The notes: a model not told the origin generated them from the sequence alone. Shown: positions 10,107 through 20,245, counted from the first letter of the stretch. The stretch: 64,000 nucleotides of DNA from Trueperaceae bacterium (GCA_965213925.1 OZ243927.1:2720001-2784000); one strand, 5' to 3'. Made by a program: numbers and translations.

Positions 10107-10877
10107 TTACACCTCGCCCAAGTACGCCCGCTTCATCGCCTCGTTGTTCAAAAGCTCTTTTGCCGGTCCCGAGAGCACGACCTCACCCGTCTGCAACACG
10201 TACCCCCTATCGGCAATCGAAAGCGCGATGTTCGCGTTTTGCTCCACCACAAAGACGCTGATGCCGCGTTCGTTGACCTGCTTGATGATCTGGAAAATCT
10301 TCTCGACAAAGAGTGGCGCGAGCCCCATCGAGGGCTCGTCCATCAGGATGAGTTTAGGGCGGCTCATCAGGGCGCGGCCCATAGCCAGCATCTGCTGCTC
10401 GCCCCCGGACATGGTGCCGCCCATCTGACCTAAGCGCTCGGAGAGCCGCGGGAAGAGGTCGAAGACGTAGTCCATGTCGTCTTTGATGTCACGCTTGTTG
10501 TCGCGGAGGTACGAGCCCATCTCGAGGTTCTCCTTGACCGTCATTTTAGGAAAGATGCGGCGGTTTTCGGGTACGACTGCCATACCGCGCTGGATGCGCT
10601 CGGCCGTCGAGAGGGTGTCCGCGCGTTCGCCGCCTAGGTACATCTCGCCTTCGGACACGCCAACGACGCCCAAAATTGTCTTGAGCGTGGTGGACTTGCC
10701 CGAGGCGTTGCCGCCCAGTAGACAGACCATCTCGCCGGGATAGATGACCATGTCCACGTTGTGTAGCACGCGAATCGGACCATAGTGGGTGGTGACTTTG
10801 CGAAGCTCGAGGAGCTTTTCCCTGTCGCCCCTTTGATCGTCGGTTTTCTCGTCTGGGTAAACGGCAACGTCACTCAT
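10107..10877 (-). CDS. livF: Branched-chain amino acid ABC transporter ATPase
   Basis: GGNASGKST, MSGGEQQMLAMGRALM, DEPSMGLAP. Confidence 0.92.
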   Translation of the reverse strand: MSDVAVYPDEKTDDQRGDREKLLELRKVTTHYGPIRVLHNVDMVIYPGEMVCLLGGNASGKSTTLKTILGVVGVSEGEMYLGGERADTLSTAERIQRGMAVVPENRRIFPKMTVKENLEMGSYLRDNKRDIKDDMDYVFDLFPRLSERLGQMGGTMSGGEQQMLAMGRALMSRPKLILMDEPSMGLAPLFVEKIFQIIKQVNERGISVFVVEQNANIALSIADRGYVLQTGEVVLSGPAKELLNNEAMKRAYLGEV

Positions 10878-10983
10878 AAGGGTTCCTCGGTTTGTCCGCA
10901 CAACGCCCGGTCAGCGCTGCCTCGAGCCATGAAGTCCGCCCCACCGCTTGACCTTACAACGTCGCGCTGTCTAACGCCTAGTT

Positions 10984-11820
10984 TCATAGCGTGTCCCTTT
11001 CGCCCGCGCTTTCCTCGATTTTGCGCTCACCCGTCGTTTTCTCCTCCGCTGCCTTTTTACCGAGATACGCCTCAATGACTTTAGGATCATTGACGACCTC
11101 TCTGTAGTCGCCCTCGGCGATCTTTTGTCCGTAATCCAACACGACGACGCGGTCGCTGATCTCGCCGACCAAGTTCATCTTGTGCTCGACCAAAAGGATG
11201 GTGTAGCCCCCCTCGTCGCGCATCCGCTTGATGATCTGGGTGATTTCACCCGTCTCTTTCGGGTTCATCCCCGCCGAGGGCTCATCCAAAAGGAGGAGCT
11301 TTGCGCCCGTCGCCATCGCCCGCGCCATCTCGGTCCGGCGGCGGTTCGCGTAGGAGAGGACGTAGACGGGTTGATGCAAGCGGAAGCTCATCAGGCGCGG
11401 ACCGAAGAAGGAGAGCTTCTCCAACGCCAACTCGTGCATCTCGCGCTCTTTTTTGCGGTAGCCCGGTGTTCTGAACACCGCCGAGACCCAGTTCGACTTG
11501 AGTTTGTGGTGCTGCGGGATGAGCACGTTATCTAAAACGGAGAGGTTGGTGAAGAGCCGCAAGTTTTGAAAGGTGCGGGCGACACCCCTATCCACGATCT
11601 TGTTGGGCGAGAGACCTGTAATGGGTTCATCTTCGAAGCGGACGTCGCCGGAGTCGGGCTTGTACACGCCCGTGATGAGGTTGAAAAAGGTCGTCTTGCC
11701 CGCGCCGTTGGGTCCGATGACGGAGACGATCTCGCCCTCGCCCACGTCTAAGTTGAGGTTGGAAATAGCTTGCAAGCCGCCGAAGGACTTGTTGAGGTCT
11801 TGTATTTCTAGGAGCGCCAC
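10984..11820 (-). CDS. livG: Branched-chain amino acid ABC transporter ATPase
   Basis: KSFGGL, GPNGAGKTT, ARTFQN, LLDEPSAG, VIEAYLG. Confidence 0.92.
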   Translation of the reverse strand: MALLEIQDLNKSFGGLQAISNLNLDVGEGEIVSVIGPNGAGKTTFFNLITGVYKPDSGDVRFEDEPITGLSPNKIVDRGVARTFQNLRLFTNLSVLDNVLIPQHHKLKSNWVSAVFRTPGYRKKEREMHELALEKLSFFGPRLMSFRLHQPVYVLSYANRRRTEMARAMATGAKLLLLDEPSAGMNPKETGEITQIIKRMRDEGGYTILLVEHKMNLVGEISDRVVVLDYGQKIAEGDYREVVNDPKVIEAYLGKKAAEEKTTGERKIEESAGERDTL

Positions 11821-11821
11821 C

Positions 11822-13285
11822 TCAATCCTCCCTTTGTGGTTTAGGTGTCTTGGTCTCCGGCGTTTTGGTCCTGACGCTGTCCGCTTCGGTGTTCGCCTTG
11901 GGCTCTCTGGCAGGCGTCAGCTCCGCCGTTTTGTCCTCGTTCAGCTCCGGATTCGAGAGCCAAGCGTCCTGCGCCCGCTCCTCTTCGGTGGGCTCGTCGC
12001 GCCGTTCGCGCAGCGCCCACGCCCAGTTGAATTCGTTGCGTCCCATGATGCCCTCGGGTCTAAAGATCATGATGACGACTAAGAGCACCGCCAGCGCGAT
12101 GCGCCTCAGCCCGAACGCTTGAAAGGTCCCCTCCCAGTAGCCGAACGCGGGCGCGAGCAGGCTCGCTAGGAGCACGACGCCCCCGAGCCCCGCCAGGATA
12201 AAGATGCCCAAGTTCCAGCGCGGTCTGAGCCGCAGCAGGGTGCGGTAGAGGTAGGTCCCCGCCGCCGCCACGAGGAGTAGCACCCCGGCGGCGAGCGCCC
12301 AGGTGGTGAGTTCGTAGGGCTGCTCCAAGGGGTCGCCGTACTGCAGTACGAACACCACGAGCGCCATGCCGAACAACACGCCCGTGATCGAGCCCGTCCC
12401 GCCAACGCTGATGGCGACCAAGAAGAAAAAGGTCAGGAAGAAGAGGAACGAGTCGAGCCGCGCCGAAGCGAGCCACGAGACGTAGAGCCCGCCCGAGACG
12501 CCCGCGAAAAAAGCGGAGAGCGTAAAGGCTAAGACCTTGTGGTAGGCGAGGTTCACGCCCATCGCCTCCGCCGCGATTTCGTCCTCGCGAATCCCCTGGA
12601 GCGCCCGCCCGTAGGACGAAAACTTGAGCTTCGCCATCACGAAGGTCGTGAACGCCAGGATGCCAAAGGTCCACCAGAGGCTCGTGCCGATGGCGCGGGG
12701 AACTCCCGTGAAGCCGAGCGCGCCATTGGTAAAAGGCGCAAAGAGGTCCGTGGACGCCAGGAGGCGGATGATCTCGCCGAAGCCGAAGGTGACGATGGCC
12801 AAGTAGTCGCCGCGCAAGCGCAAGCTCGGGAAGCCGACGATAAAGCCGAAGACCGACGCCACGAGCCCGCCGATAAAGAGCGCGATGAGAAAGCGTAGCC
12901 AGAGCGTTTCAGGCGTGGTGAGCGCGTCCAAGCCCAGATTATCCAGCCAGTTCTGCACGCTCAAGCTGGCCGTAAAGTCGTTGAGGCGACTTCTGCCGCT
13001 CTCCACGAGGCGCTGCCGGTTCACTTCCGGCAAGATGAGGAGCGCGGTCGTGTAGCCGCCGATGAGCATAAAGCCGTGATGACCGAGCGAGAGAATCCCC
13101 GTGACGCCGTTGATGAGGTTGAGGCTCACCGCGGCGATGCTCCAGATGGCAAAGAGCGCGGAGACTTGGCGCAGTTTAACGCTGTCGCCATTATTGATAA
13201 AGTACAGTACCAGCGCCAAGACGCCTAACCCGGCGAGCGTCAGGAGCGCGTTGCGCCCGCTTTTGTTGAACCCGCGTTCGCTCAT
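11822..13285 (-). CDS. livM: Branched-chain amino acid ABC transporter permease
   Basis: LRLRGDYLAIVTFGFGE, GRALQGIREDEIAAEAMGVN, RPEGIMG. Confidence 0.92.
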   Translation of the reverse strand: MSERGFNKSGRNALLTLAGLGVLALVLYFINNGDSVKLRQVSALFAIWSIAAVSLNLINGVTGILSLGHHGFMLIGGYTTALLILPEVNRQRLVESGRSRLNDFTASLSVQNWLDNLGLDALTTPETLWLRFLIALFIGGLVASVFGFIVGFPSLRLRGDYLAIVTFGFGEIIRLLASTDLFAPFTNGALGFTGVPRAIGTSLWWTFGILAFTTFVMAKLKFSSYGRALQGIREDEIAAEAMGVNLAYHKVLAFTLSAFFAGVSGGLYVSWLASARLDSFLFFLTFFFLVAISVGGTGSITGVLFGMALVVFVLQYGDPLEQPYELTTWALAAGVLLLVAAAGTYLYRTLLRLRPRWNLGIFILAGLGGVVLLASLLAPAFGYWEGTFQAFGLRRIALAVLLVVIMIFRPEGIMGRNEFNWAWALRERRDEPTEEERAQDAWLSNPELNEDKTAELTPAREPKANTEADSVRTKTPETKTPKPQRED

Positions 13286-14481
13286 ACCTTCTCCGACAGG
13301 TCTTCGCCGACGATGCCGCTCGGTCTAACGAGCAAGACGAGGATAAGGAGCGCGAAGGCGAGCGAGTCGCGGTACTGCGAAATACCGGGGAAGATCGTCG
13401 GGACGAAGTTCTCGACGAACCCCAACACGAGCCCGCCCAAGACCGCGCCCGGCAAGCTACCGATGCCGCCGATGACCGCCGCCGCGAACGCCTTGATGCC
13501 GGGTAGAATGCCGAAAATCGCAGGTTGGCTCAAGACCTGATAGCTCATGCCCCAGAGCACGCCCGCCGCCGCCGCCAACATCGAGCCGAGCAAGAAGGTT
13601 GTGGCGATGACGCGGTTGACGTTCACGCCCATCATCTGCGCGACCTCGGGGTCTTGCGAGGTCGCCCGCATCGCCTTGCCGAGCCGCGTGCGCGAGACGA
13701 AGAGCGTCAGCGTCACGACCAGCACGAGCGTCATGATGACAACGAGGAAAATCGCCCTCGAGGTAAAAACCGTCCCGCCGAACACCTCGAAGCTGACGTT
13801 ATTCGTCCAGATGGTGTCGGGGCGGTACTGCGTCACGTTGCGCGTGAACGCCAACACGCCGAAGTTCTGCAAAAAGAACGACATCGCGATCGCGGTGATC
13901 AGGAGCGAGATGCGCGGCGCACCCCGCAGCGGGCGGTACGCGATGCGGTCGAGCGCGATGCCCAGCACGCCCGTGATGAACATGCTCGCCACGAGCGCGA
14001 ATATCCAGTTGAGGTCGGCGCTGCTATAGATAACCGTAAAGCCTACGAGCCCGACGATGCCGCCGCCGTAAACGACCGGGTCTTTTAAGCTGCCGCGCCA
14101 CAAGCTCAGCGTGTACATAAACCCCGCCGAGGTGAGCGCCCCGGCTACAACCGCCCACGGCAAACTGTAGGGCGTATTCGCGAAGACGAAGTACGACACG
14201 AACGCCCCCACCATAAAGACCTCGCCGTGCGCGAAGTTGATCAGGCGGATGATGCCGTAGACCATCGTGTAGCCCAGCGCGATGAGCGCGTAGAGGCTGC
14301 CGAGCTGCAAAGACTGCATGAGCGCGCCCACGAACAGAGAGGGCTGATAGTTCTGCGCGGAGATGAGATAGATCAAGCGCCAGGCGATAAGTGCCACCAC
14401 TGCCGCGATAAAAAGATAGGGGAGATACGCGCCCAGTGAGGGCGTACGGTTTGATTGAGCCTGCTTAGCCAAGGGTGTCAC
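13282..14481 (-). CDS. livH: Branched-chain amino acid ABC transporter permease
   Basis: GSLYALIALGYTMVYGIIRLINFAHGE, GKAMRA, KAFAAAVIGGIG. Confidence 0.93.
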   Translation of the reverse strand: MTPLAKQAQSNRTPSLGAYLPYLFIAAVVALIAWRLIYLISAQNYQPSLFVGALMQSLQLGSLYALIALGYTMVYGIIRLINFAHGEVFMVGAFVSYFVFANTPYSLPWAVVAGALTSAGFMYTLSLWRGSLKDPVVYGGGIVGLVGFTVIYSSADLNWIFALVASMFITGVLGIALDRIAYRPLRGAPRISLLITAIAMSFFLQNFGVLAFTRNVTQYRPDTIWTNNVSFEVFGGTVFTSRAIFLVVIMTLVLVVTLTLFVSRTRLGKAMRATSQDPEVAQMMGVNVNRVIATTFLLGSMLAAAAGVLWGMSYQVLSQPAIFGILPGIKAFAAAVIGGIGSLPGAVLGGLVLGFVENFVPTIFPGISQYRDSLAFALLILVLLVRPSGIVGEDLSEKV

Positions 14482-14604
14482 CTCGAGACGAAATGCGCAA
14501 TGTGGACGTGAATTCGGCGTAACGCTAGGCGGCCTCAGCGTAGCGTTACGTAGACTGTAGTTTACCCGATAATCCTCCGTTCGAAGGCGGATTCATCAGG
14601 CATA

Positions 14605-14632
14605 GAAAAGGGGCGGCAAAACCGCCCCTCTC
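14605..14632 (-). terminator. Intrinsic terminator-like hairpin after the substrate-binding gene
   Basis: AGGGGCGG-CAAAA-CCGCCCCT with an A-run on the left (U-tract on the minus strand). Confidence 0.65.
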
Positions 14633-14648
14633 TCTCATATGTTGAGAT

Positions 14649-15833
14649 TTAGTTGCCGCCAGTTTCGCCGCCGGTCATGCCGCCGGTCGCGTCACCCTGC
14701 CCGGTGCTCACGTTGAAGAGCGGCTCGCCGGGATAGGTCGCGTCTTCGTAGGTAAAGAAGCCCATGACGCGGTCCGCGGGCGTGCCGTCGGTACCATCAT
14801 AGGTGATGCTGCCCGTGACGCCGGGAAAGTCCGAGAGGCTCTGTAGCGCGTCACGCACCGCTTCGGCGTCCACCTCACCCGCTTGGCTCATCGCTTCGGC
14901 TAAGACGTTGTAGGAGTCCGCGCCCGCTAAGGTAAAGCCGTTAAAGGTGCCGTCGGGTTGTGACTCGCCGAAGAAGGTTTGGAACTCCTCGGCGCGCTGC
15001 GCCGCTTCGCCCGTGAGCTGCTCGGGAATGGCGAACGCGGTAAAGGTCCAACCGTTGATGGCCTCGCCCGCGCCGTCTACGCACTGCGGGTCATCGGAAG
15101 CGTCCGCGCCAATGAGGGGCGTGTCGGTAAAGCCCTGCTGACGAAGTTGCACGACGAAGGGTGCGGCTTCGGAGCAGAAGATGGGCGCGTAGATGGCGTC
15201 GGGGTTGAATTGACGAATCTCGTTGATCTGCGAGGCGAAGTCCACTTGGTTGGCGACCACGTCCACGACGAGCGTCTCGCCGCCCATCCCCTCGAAGTTC
15301 TCCTGGAAAAAGCCCGCTAAGCCGAAGCTGTAGTCGTCGTCTTGTTGGCGCACGATGGCGACGCGCTCAGCGCCGACCTCTTCGGCGGCGTACCCTGCGG
15401 CGACCTCGCCCTGGAACTCGTCGTTATACGCCATGCGGAAGATGTAGTCGCCGATCTGCGTGGTGGCGTTATTCGTCGAACTCGGCGTGATCTGGACGAT
15501 GCCCGCCTCTTGCAGCACCTCGGCGGCGGGGATCGCTTGGCTCGAGCCGCCCGTCCCGATAACTGCCACGACCCCTTCGTCCACAAAGCGGTTCGCGCAC
15601 GCGATCGAGCCTTCTGGCGTGGACTGGTTGTCGCAGACCGAGAGTTCGACCGGGCGACCCAACACTTCGGACTGCTGCTCCAGTGCAGCGCGTACACCCT
15701 CTAGCTCGGGCGTGCCGAGCGCCACCAAGCGCCCCGAAAGCTCTAAGTTGACGCCGATAGTGATCGGACCGTCGTCCTGGGCGAAAGCCGCACCAAACGT
15801 AAGCACAACGATTAGACCTAAAAGTTTCTTCAT
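14649..15833 (-). CDS. Branched-chain amino acid ABC transporter substrate-binding protein (LivJ/K family)
   Basis: Signal peptide, ITIGVNLELSG, YIFRMAYND, DDYSFGLA, FPGVTGSI; first gene of the liv operon. Confidence 0.9.
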   Translation of the reverse strand: MKKLLGLIVVLTFGAAFAQDDGPITIGVNLELSGRLVALGTPELEGVRAALEQQSEVLGRPVELSVCDNQSTPEGSIACANRFVDEGVVAVIGTGGSSQAIPAAEVLQEAGIVQITPSSTNNATTQIGDYIFRMAYNDEFQGEVAAGYAAEEVGAERVAIVRQQDDDYSFGLAGFFQENFEGMGGETLVVDVVANQVDFASQINEIRQFNPDAIYAPIFCSEAAPFVVQLRQQGFTDTPLIGADASDDPQCVDGAGEAINGWTFTAFAIPEQLTGEAAQRAEEFQTFFGESQPDGTFNGFTLAGADSYNVLAEAMSQAGEVDAEAVRDALQSLSDFPGVTGSITYDGTDGTPADRVMGFFTYEDATYPGEPLFNVSTGQGDATGGMTGGETGGN

Positions 15834-15889
15834 CGTTTCCTCCTGAGTCTATTTGGATTGTGAAAAAATCCATTTGTAGCTGCCTATCT

Positions 15890-15919
15890 ATCTTAACTGT
15901 GACGCTGGGACACTGTCAA
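15890..15919 (-). promoter_or_regulatory. Sigma70-type promoter of the liv operon
   Basis: Minus strand TTGACA-N18-TAAGAT. Confidence 0.55.
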
Positions 15920-16041
15920 CGAGAGGGGCGTTCATTAAGGGTGGGAGCAGACGCCTCGAGAATTCGGAATGCGTGGCAATAGGAGAGGCTAGAGAAACCG
16001 CTCTCTTCTTGCCGACGGCTCAACCTGATGACTGCCACACC

Positions 16042-16075
16042 AAAAAAGTGCCCCGCGTTAAGGCGAGGCACCTTT
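16042..16075 (-). terminator. Intrinsic terminator of the first glnA
   Basis: AAAAAAGTGCCCCGC-GTTAAG-GCGAGGCACCTTT just past the stop codon. Confidence 0.7.
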
Positions 16076-16091
16076 AGTCACGATTCGATTC

Positions 16092-17501
16092 TTAGAGGTC
16101 GAAGTACATCTCATACTCGATCGGCGACGGGCGCAAGCGGGCCGCGTCCACGTCCTCGCGCTTGAGTTCGATATAGCTCGCCAAGAGGTCGTCGGTAAAG
16201 ACGCCGCCTTCCAAGAGGAAGCTGCTGTCTTTCTCTAAAGCGTCGAGCGCCTCTTCCAAGCTCCTGGGAAGCTGCTTGATGCGCCGCGCTTCTCTAGCGG
16301 AGAGCGCGTAGAGATTTTTGTCCACGGGCTTAGGCGGCTCCAGCTCGCGCTTGATGCCGTCCAAACCAGCCATCAGCATGGCGCTAAAGGCGAGGTACGG
16401 GTTCGCCGTGGGGTCGGGCGCACGGTACTCGACGCGCTTGGCTTTGGGCGAGCTTGAATACATCGGCACGCGCACGATAGCGCTCCGGTTGCGCGCCGAA
16501 ATAATGAGGTTGACGGGCGCTTCGTAGCCGGGGACCAAGCGGCGGTACGAGTTCACGCTCGGGTTGGTCAGCGCGGCGAGTGCGGGACCGTGCGTCAGGA
16601 GACCCGCGACGTAGTGCATCGCCATCTTAGATAAGCCGGCGTAACCATCTTCGTCGTAAAAGAGCGGCTCGCCGTCCTTCCAGAGCGATTGGTGGACGTG
16701 CATCCCCGAGCCGTTATCGCCGGAGATCGGCTTAGGCATAAAGGTGGCGGTTTTACCGAACGCCGTCGCCGTGTTGCGCACCACATACTTATATTTGATG
16801 ATGTGGTCCGCCACGGCGAGGAGCGTGTCGAACTTCATGTCGATCTCGGCTTGCCCGGCCGTCGCCACCTCGTGGTGATGAACCTCGATAGGGATGCCGA
16901 TGCCCTCTAACTCCTTGACCATCGCGCTGCGCAGGTCCTGGTATTTGTCCGAAGGGGCGCACGGGAAGTAGCCGCCCTTAGGCTTGACCCAGTAGCCGTC
17001 GCCGACTTCGTCGGGGTCGGTGTGGGCGTCCACGGCGAAGATGCGGTAGCCGAAGTTGTAGGGGTCGGTGCTGTAGGTGACGCCGTCGAAGATGAAGAAC
17101 TCGGCTTCCGGTCCCATAAAGGACGTGTCGGCGATGCCCGAATCCTTGAGGTGCGCCTCGGCGCGCTTGGCGACGCCGCGCGGGTCTTTGCTGTAGAGTT
17201 CGCCGGAAATGGGGTCGGAGATGTCCGCGATCAAGACGAGCGTCTTGTGCGCGGTGAAGGGGTCGACGAATGCGCTGCTCGGATCGGGCGTTAAGAGCAT
17301 GTCCGAGGCTTCGATCTGCTGAAAGCCTTCGATGGACGAGCCGTCGAAACCTAAGCCCTCATCGAAGGCGTCGTCGTCGAAGCCGCTCACCGGCAAGCTG
17401 AAGTGCTGCCAGCGCCCCGCGACGTCAGTGAAACGGATGTCGATGAATTCGACATCCTCGTCTTGGACAAATTTAAGGGTTTCTTTGGCGTTTTGGAACA
17501 T
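16092..17501 (-). CDS. glnA: Glutamine synthetase type I (GSI-beta-like)
   Basis: FDGSSIEGF, GPEAEFFIFD, PKGGYFP, HHEVATAGQ, TFMPKP, NGSGMHVHQSL, adenylylation-site Tyr in KNLY. Confidence 0.97.
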   Translation of the reverse strand: MFQNAKETLKFVQDEDVEFIDIRFTDVAGRWQHFSLPVSGFDDDAFDEGLGFDGSSIEGFQQIEASDMLLTPDPSSAFVDPFTAHKTLVLIADISDPISGELYSKDPRGVAKRAEAHLKDSGIADTSFMGPEAEFFIFDGVTYSTDPYNFGYRIFAVDAHTDPDEVGDGYWVKPKGGYFPCAPSDKYQDLRSAMVKELEGIGIPIEVHHHEVATAGQAEIDMKFDTLLAVADHIIKYKYVVRNTATAFGKTATFMPKPISGDNGSGMHVHQSLWKDGEPLFYDEDGYAGLSKMAMHYVAGLLTHGPALAALTNPSVNSYRRLVPGYEAPVNLIISARNRSAIVRVPMYSSSPKAKRVEYRAPDPTANPYLAFSAMLMAGLDGIKRELEPPKPVDKNLYALSAREARRIKQLPRSLEEALDALEKDSSFLLEGGVFTDDLLASYIELKREDVDAARLRPSPIEYEMYFDL

Positions 17502-17533
17502 GGAAGGGCCACCTCTCGTGTGAAATCCGTCTC

Positions 17534-17574
17534 AATATATCGAGTGACTTGCATAATGTCAATGTTATTTTGAC
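17534..17574 (-). promoter_or_regulatory. Promoter of minus-strand glnA with an overlapping GTCAA-N7-TTGAC palindrome
   Basis: Minus strand TTGACA (17562-17557)-N17-TATATT (17539-17534); dyad GTCAATGTTATTTTGAC at 17558-17574. Confidence 0.7.
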
Positions 17575-18032
17575 CACGCGTCCTATTTCAGCTCGACAAA
17601 ATGTAAAATTTTCGGGATACTCGAGCTGCCAAACCGTAAATTAAGAAGAAGACGTATGTTTTTCGAACACAGCGTGTCAATTCTGAAGTATACCTATGTC
17701 GCGAGCCGCGACGAAATGTAGCACCAGATAAGCTTATCATTTCTGTACAAACGTGCAGAGAAATGAACACGCGTTTTCAGAAAAAGCTCGAGAATACCGG
17801 TAAGTGACTTGACATCGGGCACCCTTGCGCGTCATGCTCAGCACAGTTTGGTTTGTTTTGGTGTCAGAGTGCACCGAGACGAGGTGTCGCAGATTTTTTC
17901 TTCATAACGTACGTGTTGAGCGGCATTTTACAGCGCGAGAGCGGTCCTGACCACGTTTCACTCGGCGAACGCTTAGATGCGCACCGAGCGTCAGCGAGAC
18001 CGACAATACCTGCTATCTCTAGGAGGCTTCAT

Positions 18033-19373
18033 ATGGCAGCATCTCAATCCGAAATTCAGGCAACGCTTCAAAACGAAGGCGTGCAATTCTTGCGGCTCCA
18101 GTTCACCGACATCATGGGACATAATAAAAACGTCGAGGTGCCCGCCTCGCAGTTCGAAAAGGCGTTGGACGGCGAAATGATGTTCGACGGCTCGTCGGTC
18201 GAGGGCTTTACCCGCATCGAAGAGTCCGACATGCTCTTAAAGCCCGACTTCGAGACCTTTCTGGTTTTTCCCGACCTCATCGAAGATGCCGGGCGGGGGC
18301 GCGTCGCTCGCCTGATTTGCGACATCACCTACCCCGACGACACGCCCTTCGAGGGCGACCCGCGCCACATCTTAAAGCGCCAAGTCGAGCGCCTGCACAA
18401 GCTGGGCTTCGACGACATGTACGCAGGGCCGGAGCCGGAATTCTTCCTTTTCGAGCGCGATATGAATGGCGGTGTGACCACTGTAACCCACGACGCCGCC
18501 GGGTACTTCGACCTCGCGCCCGTAGACAGAGGGGAGGAGGCGCGGCGCGACATGGTCAATGCGCTCGTCGAGATGGGCTTCGAAATCGAGGCGGCGCACC
18601 ACGAGGTCGCGCCGGGTCAGCACGAGATCGACTTCAAGTACGACAAGGCGGTCGCCACTGCCGACTCGATCGCCACCTTCCGCTTGGTCGTCAAGCGCGT
18701 CGCCATGAACCACGGGCTCCACGCGACCTTTATGCCCAAACCCGTCGCGGGCATCAACGGCTCAGGGATGCACACGCACCTCTCGCTCTTCAAGGATGGC
18801 AAAAACGCCTTTTTTGATGAAGGTGCGGAGCATCAGCTTTCACAGACGGCGCTCCACTGGATCGCTGGACTTTTAGAACATGCCAGCGGCATGGTCGCTC
18901 TAACGAATCCTATCGTCAACTCGTATAAGCGCCTCACGCCAGGCTTCGAAGCGCCTACCAACATCGCCTGGTCCGCCTCGAATAGGAGCGCGATGATCCG
19001 CATTCCGGCGCGGCGCGGCGTCGGCACGCGCAGCGAACTCCGTATGCCCGACCCTACGTGTAATCCGTACTTAGCGCTCGCCGCGATGCTCGCCGCCGGC
19101 ATCGACGGTTTAGAAAACAACCTGACGCCGCCGCCCCCCATCCAGCGCAACATCTACGAAATGAGCGTGCGCGACCGCCGCAAGCACAAAATCAAAGAGC
19201 TGCCGGGGACGCTCCGCGAAGCGGTTCAAGCCTTACGTAAAGACAGAGTGATGAAAAAGGCCTTAGGCGAACATGCGTTCAATCACTTTTTAGACGCGAA
19301 GACGATGGAGTTCGACGCCTACAGAGTGACGGTGCACGACTGGGAACTGCGGGAGTATCTGGCAGAGTTCTAG
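18033..19373 (+). CDS. glnA: Glutamine synthetase type I (GSI-alpha-like)
   Basis: LRLQFTDIMG, MFDGSSVEGFTRIEESDM, GPEPEFFLF, HHEVAPGQHEIDF, GFEAP; AGGAGG RBS before ATG 18033. Confidence 0.96.
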   Translation: MAASQSEIQATLQNEGVQFLRLQFTDIMGHNKNVEVPASQFEKALDGEMMFDGSSVEGFTRIEESDMLLKPDFETFLVFPDLIEDAGRGRVARLICDITYPDDTPFEGDPRHILKRQVERLHKLGFDDMYAGPEPEFFLFERDMNGGVTTVTHDAAGYFDLAPVDRGEEARRDMVNALVEMGFEIEAAHHEVAPGQHEIDFKYDKAVATADSIATFRLVVKRVAMNHGLHATFMPKPVAGINGSGMHTHLSLFKDGKNAFFDEGAEHQLSQTALHWIAGLLEHASGMVALTNPIVNSYKRLTPGFEAPTNIAWSASNRSAMIRIPARRGVGTRSELRMPDPTCNPYLALAAMLAAGIDGLENNLTPPPPIQRNIYEMSVRDRRKHKIKELPGTLREAVQALRKDRVMKKALGEHAFNHFLDAKTMEFDAYRVTVHDWELREYLAEF

Positions 19374-19398
19374 GCTTAGTCAGGGGTTGGGATTTAGT

Positions 19399-19439
19399 CG
19401 TCAGCAGCGTTAAGCTCGACCAGATGAACGCTGCTGACG
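19399..19439. terminator. Hairpin between convergent genes
   Basis: CGTCAGCAGCGTT ... AACGCTGCTGACG, perfect 13-bp stem. Confidence 0.65.
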
Positions 19440-19447
19440 GCTCGCCC

Positions 19448-20245
19448 TCACGCATTCTCCTCCAATGACTCGTCGCTCCGCCGCCTGTCCCAGACAACGT
19501 ACGCCACAAAGACCGCCAAGCTCACTACGGAGACCCATAAAAGACCAGTCTCGAGCCGCTCAATATCCGCGCCCAACCAAGCGATGAGCACCGTAAGGGG
19601 CAAGGTGCCCACCGCCGTCGCCACAATAAAGCGCAAGTAGCCCATCTCCGCGAGTCCCGCGACCAAACTCACCGCGTCGGTGGACAGAGCGGGGGAGACC
19701 CTAGCCGCAATCACGGCCCACACGCCGTACTCGTGCACAAACCCCTCCATCTTTTGCTCGGTGCTCTGACCGATAAGCTTGTCCACCGTCACCGGACCTA
19801 GCGCCCGCCCGATCGCGAAAGCTACCGTCGCTGAAACGAGCAGCCCCGCCCAGGTGAGCACGCCGCCCCAGAAGGGACCGAAGGCGAGCACCGTCACCAC
19901 CATGATGATGACCGAAGGGACAAACGCGATTATGGTCTGCATGATCATCAGCAGCAAAATCACGACAGGTCCCCACGCGCCGAAACCGTCTACCCACTCT
20001 TCCAGGCGCTGCCGGTCGCCACTTAGCGAGATGCTAACCGCGGTATCGACGAAATCCCGAAAACCGGGCCAGATAAAGTAGAGCAGCGCGAAAAAGACGA
20101 GTAGCCCCAGAGGGACGAGCCAGGTCAGCTTGCTCTGTTCGCGCTGCTCGCCCGACCGTGGTTTGCCCAAAGGCTGTTTGCTTGTGCTCGCCTGTTCACC
20201 GCTACGGTTTTGCTCGCTGACCTCTTCGCTCCTTCGTTCGCTCAC
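19448..20245 (-). CDS. TVP38/TMEM64 (DedA/VTT) family membrane protein
   Basis: FGAWGP, QTIIAFVPS, FGPFWG, ARVSPALSTDAVS; start codon uncertain. Confidence 0.85.
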   Translation of the reverse strand: MSERRSEEVSEQNRSGEQASTSKQPLGKPRSGEQREQSKLTWLVPLGLLVFFALLYFIWPGFRDFVDTAVSISLSGDRQRLEEWVDGFGAWGPVVILLLMIMQTIIAFVPSVIIMVVTVLAFGPFWGGVLTWAGLLVSATVAFAIGRALGPVTVDKLIGQSTEQKMEGFVHEYGVWAVIAARVSPALSTDAVSLVAGLAEMGYLRFIVATAVGTLPLTVLIAWLGADIERLETGLLWVSVVSLAVFVAYVVWDRRRSDESLEENA

